A stretch of DNA of 61,653 nt from Actinomycetota bacterium (GTDB lineage: Bacteria; Actinomycetota; Coriobacteriia; Anaerosomatales; PHET01), in assembly GCA_037445775.1 (NCBI GenBank), contig JBBIJX010000005.1:1-61653 (forward strand), given 5' to 3'. A program made the position numbers and the translations under genes. The notes under the pieces were generated by a model. The model ran no database searches. It was not told the DNA's origin and was given only the letters and a program-made list of their open reading frames with translations. Shown piece after piece: positions 19,077 through 27,981 of this stretch (its first letter is position 1; the number at the start of each line of letters is the position of its first letter).

Positions 19077-19268
19077 CTAGGCGCCGGTGCGCTTCTCGAC
19101 GGCGCCCTCGAGCACCTCGACCTCCTTCTCGAGCTGCATGATGCGCCGAAGGACGATCGTCAGGTAGCCCACGAACGCGATCCAGAGGATCGCGTAGGCC
19201 CCGATGACGAACGGTGCGTCGGCGATCGCGAGACGGTAGAGCTCGAGATTCGTCGCATCAACCTGCAT
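19077..19268 (-). CDS. ccmD: CcmD-like heme exporter small subunit
   Basis: FVIGAYAILWIAFVGY followed by a coiled coil; last gene after ccmC. Confidence 0.72.
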   Translation of the reverse strand: MQVDATNLELYRLAIADAPFVIGAYAILWIAFVGYLTIVLRRIMQLEKEVEVLEGAVEKRTGA

Positions 19269-19298
19269 GGCGGTCCTCCAACCGGGTCCGTGGGGGCG

Positions 19299-20060
19299 CT
19301 AGCCCTCCAGCGCTTCCTTGGTGATCTCGACGCGCTCGCGCAGGCGTTCCTCGCTCATGCGCGCGGTGTAGATGCCGTAACCGATGAGCAGCATCCCGAT
19401 CTGCCCGATGATGAACGGCAGCAGGTTCGACGGCGCCATTCCCGGCTGGAATACGACCGGGTGGTTCGACGGGATGATGCGCGTGATCATGAAGGAGATG
19501 GGCGCGTTGATCGCAGCCACGACGGCGAAGACTGCGGCGTATGTCGCTCGGCGCTCGTCCTCCTCGATCGAGTTACGCAGCACGAAGTAGGCGATCATCA
19601 TGAGCATCATGATGAAGTAGGTGGTCAGCCGCGGCTCCCACTCCCACCATACGCCCCACGACGCCTTCGTCCAGAGCACGCCCGTGATCATCGTGAGCAC
19701 AACGAAGACGAGTGATGTCTCCATCGCGATGCGCGACTTCGTGTCGTACGCGGCGCGCTTGGTCACGAGGAACCGCACGGCAAAGTACGCCGCGATGATG
19801 AGCACGAGGAAAGACGCCTCGGCCACCGGCACGTGGAAGTAGAAGATCTTCTGGCTGAACCACGGCTGCACGTAGGCGATCTTGCCCCCGCCCGGCTGCA
19901 GCTCGGGCGGTGCGAGCGGGAATACCGTCTCGATCTCCGAGTCGAACGTCACCGTGCCGAACTGCTGGACCTCGGCGGTGTAGAAGGCCATGAGGAACGC
20001 GGCCGTCGTGAGCAGACCGCCCACGAGCACGAGCACGATCGCGATCTTGAGCTGTCTCAC
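19299..20060 (-). CDS. ccmC: Heme exporter / cytochrome c biogenesis protein C
   Basis: QKIFYFHVP, TGVLWTKASWGVWWEWEPRLTT, HP; real start GTG 20060. Confidence 0.9.
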   Translation of the reverse strand: MRQLKIAIVLVLVGGLLTTAAFLMAFYTAEVQQFGTVTFDSEIETVFPLAPPELQPGGGKIAYVQPWFSQKIFYFHVPVAEASFLVLIIAAYFAVRFLVTKRAAYDTKSRIAMETSLVFVVLTMITGVLWTKASWGVWWEWEPRLTTYFIMMLMMIAYFVLRNSIEEDERRATYAAVFAVVAAINAPISFMITRIIPSNHPVVFQPGMAPSNLLPFIIGQIGMLLIGYGIYTARMSEERLRERVEITKEALEG

Positions 20061-20092
20061 ATGCAGTCCCTTCCTCGAATCATGCCTCTCCC

Positions 20093-20848
20093 TCACGCGC
20101 CGAGCACGAACTCGTACAGCGCGAACGCAGCAAGCAGCATCACCGTATCGTACCCGGCTGCAAGACCCATCATCTGCCAGAACGTCTGTGCGTACCCCGG
20201 CTCGGCCTGCAGGACCACCGACGTGCCGGCAACGACCGCCAGCAGCAGCGGGAACATGATGGGGATGAACAGCACCGCGAGGATGAAGTCCTTGCCCTTC
20301 GTGTTCACCGACATCGTCGCAAGGAGCGTGCCCACCCCCGCGATGCCGATCGAGCCCAGCAGAAGCGCGAGCGCGATCATCCACAACGGACCCATCGCCG
20401 TCGTCATGGACGACGACAGGAAGATGAAGTAGAAGAGCGGGACGATGAACGCCTCGACGATCAGAAGGAAGATGAGGTTTCCCACCGCCTTGCCGAAGAA
20501 TATCACCGGCCGATCCGTGGGCGAGATCAGCAACGCGTCGAGGCAGCCCTGATCCTTCTCGTGGACTAGCGAGCGGTTGAGGCCCAGAAGCGACGTGAAG
20601 ATGAAGACGAGCCACAACAGCCCCGCCGCGATGCGGCGCACCTCGAAGTTCTGGCCCGCCTGTGACAGCGTGATGTAGTAGACGACGAGCACGAGCAGCG
20701 CGTAGAGGCCCATCGACGTGAGCATCTCCTTTGTGCGCAGCTCCATGACGATGTCCTTTCGGAGGATCGCCCTGAACTGGCGCCACGATGAGATGCGCCC
20801 CGAGCGGGAGGAGCCGGGTGCGGCGGCATCGGTGCTCCTGTTCGCCAT
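20093..20848 (-). CDS. ccmB: Heme exporter permease
   Basis: ILRKDIVMELR, EKDQGCLDALL, GKAVGN, LFIPIMFPLL. Confidence 0.9.
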   Translation of the reverse strand: MANRSTDAAAPGSSRSGRISSWRQFRAILRKDIVMELRTKEMLTSMGLYALLVLVVYYITLSQAGQNFEVRRIAAGLLWLVFIFTSLLGLNRSLVHEKDQGCLDALLISPTDRPVIFFGKAVGNLIFLLIVEAFIVPLFYFIFLSSSMTTAMGPLWMIALALLLGSIGIAGVGTLLATMSVNTKGKDFILAVLFIPIMFPLLLAVVAGTSVVLQAEPGYAQTFWQMMGLAAGYDTVMLLAAFALYEFVLGA

Positions 20849-21580
20849 CTAGCTCACCCCCATGCCAACGGTCGCACGGTACGTGGCCGCGAACTCGGCC
20901 TCGTCGATGAGCTCCCTGTCCTGGAAGAGCACGATCTTGCCCTTCGCAAGGATGAGCGCGTGGCTGCACAGTTCGAGCCCCTTCGTCAGGTCGTGGCTGA
21001 CCATGACGAACGTGCGCCCCTCCCGGATCCGCTCGAGCAGCGAGTCGAGGATGTCCATCGCGTGGGGGTCGAGGCCCGAGTACGGCTCGTCGAGAAAGAC
21101 GAGCGCAGGGTCGTGCAGAAGAGCGCGTGCGATGGAGAGGCGCTGCAGCATGCCGCGCGAGAACGTACGCACCAGGTCGAGGCGCCGGTGGTCGAGCTCG
21201 ACGGCGTCTAGCAGCTCGCGGATGCGCGCCTTGGGATCCTCGATGCAGTAGATCTCCGCGAAGAACTCGAGGTTCTCCTCGGCGGTGAGGTCCGGGTAGA
21301 GCAGCGGGTTGTGGCTGATGAAGCCCATCTTCTCGCGTAGCTCGACGGCGCCCTCGACCACATCGAGACCGAGCACGCGCGCCGATCCCTTCGACGGTGT
21401 CGACAGCGTCGCGAGCACCTTGAGCAGGGTCGTCTTGCCGGCGCCGTTCGGCCCGAAGATCGAAAGGAACGAACCCCGCTCGATCTCGAAGGACACCGAA
21501 TCGAGGGCCTTGCGCGCGCCGAAGGCCCGGGAGAGATCCCGGACCTCCAGGGCGAGCGTATCGGTCTGCGGCGTCGTCAA
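20849..21580 (-). CDS. ccmA: Heme ABC exporter ATPase
   Basis: GPNGAGKTT, LTAEENL, FSRGMLQR, FLDEPY; TTG start after GGAGG. Confidence 0.9.
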   Translation of the reverse strand: MTTPQTDTLALEVRDLSRAFGARKALDSVSFEIERGSFLSIFGPNGAGKTTLLKVLATLSTPSKGSARVLGLDVVEGAVELREKMGFISHNPLLYPDLTAEENLEFFAEIYCIEDPKARIRELLDAVELDHRRLDLVRTFSRGMLQRLSIARALLHDPALVFLDEPYSGLDPHAMDILDSLLERIREGRTFVMVSHDLTKGLELCSHALILAKGKIVLFQDRELIDEAEFAATYRATVGMGVS

Positions 21581-21597
21581 CGCGCCTCCGCCAGGGT

Positions 21598-23715
21598 CTA
21601 GCGGTTCTTGCCCGCGGGTGCCGCGGCAAGCGCTGGACGCTTCTTCGGCCACGCCGCGAGCGCCGTGCCGAGCATCAGCAGCCCGAACCCGCCCCATGCA
21701 AACCAGATCAGCGGGTTGATCTTGACGTTAACCGACATCATGCCCTGCTCGGAGCCCTGCCACACCATGAAGATGTCACGCAGCGGCTCGGAGAGGACCT
21801 CGGCGTCCAAGCGCGTCTGACCCTGCCGCGCGAACTGCGTGAGGCCGGGGGTCACCGTGCCGAGCGCGCGCCCGTCGCGGGCCACGGCGATGCTTGCCCT
21901 CGCGACGATATCGCCGTTGCTGAGCTTCTGTTCGTTGAGCCCCTGGTAGGTGAAGGTGTAGTCGTCAACGGTGAACGACTCGCCCTGCTTGTCGGGCACC
22001 TCGATGATCACGTCGCGCACGTACATGGACGAGCCCACGAGGCCGATGATGATGATGCCCATGCCGATGTGCGAGAGGTAGCCGCCGGACTGCGTCCGCG
22101 CGTTGACGAGGATGCTGCCGAACGACGAGAGAGCGTTCTCGCCCTTGGCCTTCGCCCGCTTGCGCGAGCCGTCGATGAACAGCCACGTCGTCGTCGAGAT
22201 GAGCAGCGCGCCGGCGAGGAAGCCGCCGATCGAGATGATGTCGTAGACGATCTCGGGGCCGAACGCCTGGAGCTTGCGGGCCCCCTCACCGCCCTGCTCG
22301 ATCATGAACAGGTAGATGGGTCGCAGGTTCACGACCCAGTCCCACACGAGCAGGGCGAAGATCACGGCGGTGCCCACGAGCGGCCACTTGACGCGGGCCC
22401 AGAAAGTGGCGGGCTCGGTCTTGCGCCACGCGAGGATAGGACAGACCGCGATGATGAACACGTAGAGCACGCCCAAGGGGCGCCCGATGAGATCGTAGGA
22501 GACCGCGGAGATCGACTGGCCGCCGAAGGGCATCCACGTGGGCAGCGCCGACGTGACGGTCATGTAGGCAACCAACCAGCCCGAGACCAGCATGATCACA
22601 TTGTTGAAGTAGTACGCAGCTTCCTTACTCGTCAGCGACTCGAACTCGTCGTTGCCCTCGAACGTCTTCCATCTGAGATAGAGGCCTATTGCGACCGCGA
22701 CGATGGGGGCGATGATCATGAAGCCGAACAGGTACTTCGAGACCGGGTCCTCCTGGAAGGCGTGGACCGACTGCACGATGCCCGAGCGCGTGATGAACGT
22801 GCCGAGGATCACAAGCGAGAACGTAGACGCGGCCTGCACGATGGCCCAGCGCTTGAAACCGTCACGCCGCCGGTAGACCGTGAAGCTGTGGATGAGGCCG
22901 ACACCGGTGAGCCACGGAAGGAGCGACGCGTTCTCGACCGGGTCCCACGCCCAGTAGCCGCCCCAGCCGAGCACGACGTAAGCCCAGACGGCGCCGAGGC
23001 CGATGCCGGCGCCAAGGAACAGCCATGCGAACACCGTGATGCGGTCGACGATCTCGACCCACGCCTTCGATCTGTCGTTGACGATGATCGCCGCCATCGC
23101 AAAGGCGAATGGGATCGTCAGTCCCGCGTAGCCGATGAAGAGCGTGGGCGGGTGCAGGATCATCGCCCAGTGCTGCAGGAGCGGGTTCATGCCCAGCGAC
23201 GCGCCCTGACCCACGAGCTGACCGTTCGACAACCACTCGGCCGGCGTCGACTTGAACGGGTTGTTCGGATCGCTGAACACCATCGCAGCGCCGAAGCACA
23301 CCATGACGAGGTTCGTCACCATGAGGCCCATGTTCGACAGGTCATCGGTCTTGTCCATGCGCTGATAGGCGACCCACGCGGCGAACAGCGCGATCAGCCA
23401 CGCCCAGAACAGGAGCGATCCTTCGCGGCCGGCCCAGATGCCGGAGAGGGTGTAGAGCCATGCAAGGCTCGAGACGTCCGTCGAGTGATTCTCGACCACG
23501 TAAAGGAACGAGAAGTCCTTGATGAAGAACGCGGTGATCATCACGAGGCTCGAGATGGTGATCGCGGCGGTACCGGCGAACGTCGCCAGGTAGCCGAAGT
23601 TGGTTACGCTCTCACCCTGCTTCGCGCCGAGACTGCGGCCCCACAGAAGCGCGCCGATCGCCACCACGGTTGTGAGCAGCCACAAGCCTAGGAACACCTG
23701 TCCGACAAAGAGCAT
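21598..23715 (-). CDS. ccmF: Cytochrome c heme lyase
   Basis: WAGREGSLLFW, GMNPLLQH, HPPTLFIGY, GWGGYWAWDPVENASLLPW, TRSGIVQSVHAF. Confidence 0.95.
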   Translation of the reverse strand: MLFVGQVFLGLWLLTTVVAIGALLWGRSLGAKQGESVTNFGYLATFAGTAAITISSLVMITAFFIKDFSFLYVVENHSTDVSSLAWLYTLSGIWAGREGSLLFWAWLIALFAAWVAYQRMDKTDDLSNMGLMVTNLVMVCFGAAMVFSDPNNPFKSTPAEWLSNGQLVGQGASLGMNPLLQHWAMILHPPTLFIGYAGLTIPFAFAMAAIIVNDRSKAWVEIVDRITVFAWLFLGAGIGLGAVWAYVVLGWGGYWAWDPVENASLLPWLTGVGLIHSFTVYRRRDGFKRWAIVQAASTFSLVILGTFITRSGIVQSVHAFQEDPVSKYLFGFMIIAPIVAVAIGLYLRWKTFEGNDEFESLTSKEAAYYFNNVIMLVSGWLVAYMTVTSALPTWMPFGGQSISAVSYDLIGRPLGVLYVFIIAVCPILAWRKTEPATFWARVKWPLVGTAVIFALLVWDWVVNLRPIYLFMIEQGGEGARKLQAFGPEIVYDIISIGGFLAGALLISTTTWLFIDGSRKRAKAKGENALSSFGSILVNARTQSGGYLSHIGMGIIIIGLVGSSMYVRDVIIEVPDKQGESFTVDDYTFTYQGLNEQKLSNGDIVARASIAVARDGRALGTVTPGLTQFARQGQTRLDAEVLSEPLRDIFMVWQGSEQGMMSVNVKINPLIWFAWGGFGLLMLGTALAAWPKKRPALAAAPAGKNR

Positions 23716-23750
23716 AGTCTCTCCCCTATCCGATGACGGGTAACACAATA

Positions 23751-23775
23751 CACCCCGGCCGTTAGGGCCGGGGTG
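23751..23775 (-). terminator. Hairpin/terminator between ccmE and ccmF
   Basis: CACCCCGGCC-N5-GGCCGGGGTG, then TATTGTGTT on the minus strand. Confidence 0.6.
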
Positions 23776-23784
23776 CTTGATGCG

Positions 23785-24477
23785 CTACTTCTGGCTCTCC
23801 GCCATCGAAACGTTCGTGGCGACGAAGATGCCGTCCTGCTCGAGCGCGCCTTGGATGACGACCTGTGAACCGTCGGCCATCCCCTCGGGAAGCGCTCCCT
23901 CGTACCCGACGCCGACCTGGACGCCGCCGCCGCCTTCGTCCTCAGCGGCGTAGAAGCGCACCGGCTCGCCCGGGGGCACGATGCTGCCCGGCTTGACGTG
24001 GCCGGTCATCTTGATCGTCTTGCCCACCATCGACTCGCCGCCCTCGACCAGGTCGCCCACGGGCATCGCACCCTTGGCGGTTTCGTACTTCGACGGACAC
24101 TTCGTGATCATCTCGCCCGCGAGCAGCGTGCCGTCAGGCTCGATCTCGCCGGTGAGGATCGCTGTCACGCCGTCGCCGAACGTCGTCGGCACGCCTTCTG
24201 AGTAGACGACGCGGATGATCGGGCCGGTGCCGTAGGTGTCCTTCTCGTCGCGGATCTCGAACGTCATCGGGTTCGACTTGCGGTCCCACGACCCCGGAAC
24301 CACGGCGCCGCCCACCTTGACGCGCTCGCCCACGAGTGACTTGTCCTTCGCGATGTCCTCGACGGACTTGTAGTACGCCGTGCCACCCCGCGACCCGATG
24401 CTCGCGAAGATCGCCGCGATACCCAGTACGACGATCGCCGTGACGCCGATGAGACGGTTGCGAGCCCGCTTGTTCAT
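23785..24477 (-). CDS. ccmE: Heme chaperone CcmE, CxxxY type, with a duplicated OB-like domain
   Basis: N-terminal TM; VKVGGAVVPGS...ITKCPSKY; a second repeat (IKMTGHVKPGS...ALPEGM) has no heme motif. Confidence 0.88.
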   Translation of the reverse strand: MNKRARNRLIGVTAIVVLGIAAIFASIGSRGGTAYYKSVEDIAKDKSLVGERVKVGGAVVPGSWDRKSNPMTFEIRDEKDTYGTGPIIRVVYSEGVPTTFGDGVTAILTGEIEPDGTLLAGEMITKCPSKYETAKGAMPVGDLVEGGESMVGKTIKMTGHVKPGSIVPPGEPVRFYAAEDEGGGGVQVGVGYEGALPEGMADGSQVVIQGALEQDGIFVATNVSMAESQK

Positions 24478-24574
24478 TGCCGGATCCTCTCCTTCGCACG
24501 GCGAAACAGGCTTGCCGCGCACAATACGAGACGGAGGTGGAGGCCACGCGCACGCTGACGCGCGTGGTGCACCG

Positions 24575-24612
24575 CTGCCTGACCCACTTGCCTGAACACT
24601 GAGAGTCTAGCA
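24575..24612 (-). promoter_or_regulatory. ccm operon promoter (TGnTAGACT) with GTTCAGGCAA element at +1 and a second degenerate copy
   Basis: -10 at 24609-24604; GTTCAGGCAA at 24597-24588; GGTCAGGCAG at 24584-24575. Confidence 0.55.
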
Positions 24613-24693
24613 CCGCGCTTGCCAGCCTGCCAGATGGGACGTTCAGATTTCTTCAGTCGAGTGTCACACGCGTCGCTCGGCACGCTCCGGCGT

Positions 24694-25620
24694 TCACTCG
24701 TCGCGCTGCAGCCAGCGCACGTCGGGGGTGAACCCGGTGCGCTGCAGAAGCTCGAGATAGCGCTCCGGGCGGAGGCGTCCCTGCGCGCCGTCGAGCGCGA
24801 TCATCGTGGCCTCGATCACGTTCGTCCCGAAGGAACGCCCCTCGAGGCGCGGCGTGCTCGTGACAAGGAGCTCGACTCCCACTGATCGCAAGAAGTCAAC
24901 GTCGTCGGCGGTCGTCGTGTTGGTCACGACCCACTTCCCGCGCATGTCGGGGGGCATGTAGCGGCGCACGTACTTGTAATCGCCGGCGATGATGTCGGCG
25001 TCGCGGTAGAGCGCCGCGTGCTTCGACGTCCCCTGGACCCCGGTCGTGTGGTCCGCGTCGGCCTCATAGAGCCAGGCGAACGGCAGCTGCACAGCGATAG
25101 GCGCGACGAGGTGGATGGCCCGCTCGGCCGCGCGACGCGTGCGCAGCATCACGGGGATACCCAGCGCGTACAGCAGGTCCGCCACGACGACCTCGCAACC
25201 GGCGCTGTAGAAGCCCTCGGTCATGCCCCACCTATCTACTGCGGAGGTGACCAGAACGCGCTTGCCGGCGAGCTCGAGCCCGAGGTCTTGAGCGAGGTGG
25301 CGAACGACACCGGCCTCGACGGCGCCCTTGAGCCCTGAGCCGTCGACGAGCGGCGTCTTCGTCACCGCCCGAGCGAAGCGCCGCCCGTCCCGGAAGTGGT
25401 AGTCGCGCCCCGCTGCGGTCAGGTAGAGGTCGATGCCGCCCAGCCCTAGCGCGTCGACGTGCCCGTCGAGGTCACGCAGTCGCGCGACGGCGGCGTCCAT
25501 GTCCCCGTCGGTCCCCGTCCGCGAGATCCGGAACACCTCGCCGAACAGGTCCACCTCGACAACGTGGTCGCGCTTCGAGGAGCCGAGCGACACGCTCACG
25601 ACTTCCTTGACTGCTGCCAC
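24694..25620 (-). CDS. Conserved protein of uncertain function (resembles proteins labelled 'quinate 5-dehydrogenase')
   Basis: VVSVSLGSSKRD, RTGTDGD, GLGGIDLY, VDGSGLK, GRSFGTNVIEA; family assignment from recall. Confidence 0.6.
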   Translation of the reverse strand: MAAVKEVVSVSLGSSKRDHVVEVDLFGEVFRISRTGTDGDMDAAVARLRDLDGHVDALGLGGIDLYLTAAGRDYHFRDGRRFARAVTKTPLVDGSGLKGAVEAGVVRHLAQDLGLELAGKRVLVTSAVDRWGMTEGFYSAGCEVVVADLLYALGIPVMLRTRRAAERAIHLVAPIAVQLPFAWLYEADADHTTGVQGTSKHAALYRDADIIAGDYKYVRRYMPPDMRGKWVVTNTTTADDVDFLRSVGVELLVTSTPRLEGRSFGTNVIEATMIALDGAQGRLRPERYLELLQRTGFTPDVRWLQRDE

Positions 25621-26216
25621 CTCCCGGCGATCTCATCGGCGGCGTCGCGCAGCGCGCCTGTCATGCGCCCGCGCCGGCCCTGCCGCTTGGTGCGCGCCGT
25701 CATCACTCCGGAGAGCGCCTGGTCGAGCTCGTCGATGTCGACGTGCTGGTCCGCGCGCAGCGGAGTGTGTCCGAGCGGGATGCCGATGACCTCCGCGCCT
25801 AGGATCTTCTCCATCGTCAGGATACGCATGTCGCTCGCGAGCAGGATGAGCGTGTCGAAGTCGCGCAACGCCGCGAGCGTCTCGAGCACTTGGTTGAACA
25901 CGTCGGCTGATGACCCCGCCTCGATCGACTCGCGGTCCGACTGGCTTACGACGAGCACGAAATCGACCGCGTGGCGTTCGGCCAGCGCGCGCACCTCGTC
26001 GCGGTTGGCTACCGGGAAGCCCACGAGCGCGACCCGGGGACCGCGCCGGACCTCACCGAGCGTCTCGAGGAAGCTCACGAAGCTGCGCTGCACGTGCGCG
26101 CGGCGGGCCGCCTGCTCCTGGGTGGCTCCCGCTTCGCGCTCCTCAAGGATGCTGTCGATGGCGGCGAGCAGCTTGTCGCGGCTCACGACCTTCTCGCCGA
26201 TCCGGTAGAGCTTCAC
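25596..26216 (-). CDS. Putative transcriptional regulator (N-terminal HTH)
   Basis: GATQEQAARRAHVQRSFVSFLE HTH-like segment; overlaps the downstream gene. Confidence 0.62.
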   Translation of the reverse strand: MKLYRIGEKVVSRDKLLAAIDSILEEREAGATQEQAARRAHVQRSFVSFLETLGEVRRGPRVALVGFPVANRDEVRALAERHAVDFVLVVSQSDRESIEAGSSADVFNQVLETLAALRDFDTLILLASDMRILTMEKILGAEVIGIPLGHTPLRADQHVDIDELDQALSGVMTARTKRQGRRGRMTGALRDAADEIAGRWQQSRKS

Positions 26217-26290
26217 CGCCCGCCACTCCCCGTCTCAGTCACGCGCTCGATCCCGGGTGCACGCTCGTCGCTCGCACACGCCTGCTTTGG

Positions 26291-26320
26291 TGTGCACAAG
26301 ACTGTGTACAGGTGAGTATA
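26291..26320 (-). promoter_or_regulatory. -10 box TATACT with tandem TGTGYACA boxes
   Basis: TGTGCACA-agac-TGTGTACA (26291-26310) just downstream of TATACT (26320-26315). Confidence 0.45.
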
Positions 26321-26342
26321 CGCTGAGCGGCGGGGGTGCCCG

Positions 26343-27107
26343 CTAGCGATTGCGGTCCCGGATGAGCCGGAGCCCGGTGAGCGTCAGGTCGACGTCGACG
26401 TGGGCCACCGTCTCACAGAGAGGCGCCATGCGAGGCGCAAGTCCACCGGTCGCGACCACGGGAGCCTCACACCCGAGTTCGGTCCGGATCCGACGCACGA
26501 GCCCGTCGACCATGGTGGCCTCGCCCAGGATGAGCCCGGACTGCACGCTCGCGCGCGTGTTCGTCCCAATGACTCGCGCCGGCGGCTCGAGGTCGACCTT
26601 GGAGAGGCGCGCGGCCTTCGCGAAGAGGGCCTCGGCGCTCGTTTCGACCCCCGGCGCGATCGCGCCCCCCAGGTAGGAGCCATCGGCTCCGATGACGTCG
26701 ATGGTGGTGGCCGTGCCGAAGTCGACGATGATGCACGGCGCGCCGAACCGCTCGGCGGCGGCCACGCCGTTCACGATGCGGTCCGCGCCTACTTCGTGCG
26801 GGTTGTCGTAACGAATGGGCAGACCCGTCTTCAGGCCGGGACCCACTACGAAGAGCGCGCAGGCGCAGGAGCGCTCCACGAGCTCCTCCCACTCCGCTGT
26901 GAGGCGTGGCACGACGCTCGCGAGCACGACCTCGTCGATGTCGTCCCACTCGCGGCCAGCCGTCCCGAGCAGCCCGCTCACGGTCAGCCCAAGCTCGTCG
27001 GCGGTGAGTGACGCGTGCGTCGACACGCGCCAGTGCGCCGCGAGTGTGTCGTCTTCGAACAGGCCGAGCACCGTTTGCGTGTTACCCACATCGACCGCGA
27101 GCAACAT
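26343..27107 (-). CDS. coaX: Type III pantothenate kinase
   Basis: MLLAVDVGNT, SVVP, EVGADRIVN, VDFGTATT, GGAIAPG, VATGG. Confidence 0.95.
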   Translation of the reverse strand: MLLAVDVGNTQTVLGLFEDDTLAAHWRVSTHASLTADELGLTVSGLLGTAGREWDDIDEVVLASVVPRLTAEWEELVERSCACALFVVGPGLKTGLPIRYDNPHEVGADRIVNGVAAAERFGAPCIIVDFGTATTIDVIGADGSYLGGAIAPGVETSAEALFAKAARLSKVDLEPPARVIGTNTRASVQSGLILGEATMVDGLVRRIRTELGCEAPVVATGGLAPRMAPLCETVAHVDVDLTLTGLRLIRDRNR

Positions 27108-27275
27108 GGCCGACTCCCTTCGCTCCTCGTGACGGCACGGTGACGCCACCGGCCGGGCGTGTGCCGAGCGGTGCTATCATCGCGCCGAGGCGCCCGGAGC
27201 GCCCCGGATGCGCGAACCCCGGGTGTCGCCTCTGAGCAGCCATGATACTCCCAATCCGCCCGGGGAGGCGCACGT

Positions 27276-27980
27276 ATGACCGACAGCCCCGCACGCATCC
27301 TGATCGTCGACGACGAGCCCTCCATCACCGAGTTCGTCAGCTACAACCTCAAGAAGGAGGGCTACGAGGTCGCGGTGGCCGCAGACGGCGACACGGCGCT
27401 CGCACTCGCAGCGCACACATCGTTCGACCTCGTCGTGCTCGACGTGATGCTGCCCGGCATCGACGGGTACGAAGTCTGCCGGCGTCTGCGCACCTCTTCG
27501 AGCGTGCCGGTGCTGTTCCTTTCGGCGCGCGACACCGAACTCGACAAGGTCGTGGGACTCGAGATCGGAGGCGACGACTACCTCGCGAAGCCTTTCGGCG
27601 TTCGCGAGCTCACCGCGCGCGTCAAGGCGCTCCTGCGCCGTGCACCGTCTGGCTCACGCGACGGCGGCGTGGCCGGGGAGCGCTTCGAGGTGGCCGGCGT
27701 CGTGCTCGACGAGGGAGCTCATACCGCGATCGCCGAGGCTGGCCCCATCGATCTCACTCCACGCGAGTTCGAGCTCCTGGCCTGCCTCATGCGCCACGCC
27801 GGCAAGGTGCTCTCGCGCGAGCAGCTGCTCCGCGACGCATGGGGCTGGGAGTACCTCGTGGAGACGAAGACCGTCGACACGCACGTCAAGCGGCTTCGCG
27901 ACAAACTCGAGGCGGCGAAGGTGGATCCGGCGCTCGTCGAAACGGTGCGCGGCTACGGCTACCGGTTCCGGGCGGTGTAG
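27276..27980 (+). CDS. OmpR-family response regulator
   Basis: ILIVDDE, LDVMLPG, GDDYLAKPF, LTPREFELL, TVDTHVKRLR, VRGYGY. Confidence 0.95.
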   Translation: MTDSPARILIVDDEPSITEFVSYNLKKEGYEVAVAADGDTALALAAHTSFDLVVLDVMLPGIDGYEVCRRLRTSSSVPVLFLSARDTELDKVVGLEIGGDDYLAKPFGVRELTARVKALLRRAPSGSRDGGVAGERFEVAGVVLDEGAHTAIAEAGPIDLTPREFELLACLMRHAGKVLSREQLLRDAWGWEYLVETKTVDTHVKRLRDKLEAAKVDPALVETVRGYGYRFRAV

Positions 27981-27981
27981 C

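Noticed and set aside
19299-21629. 776-aa ORF suggesting a CcmABC fusion
   Set aside because: The upstream part is out of frame with ccmA and ccmB and is low-complexity; only the last 253 aa are CcmC.
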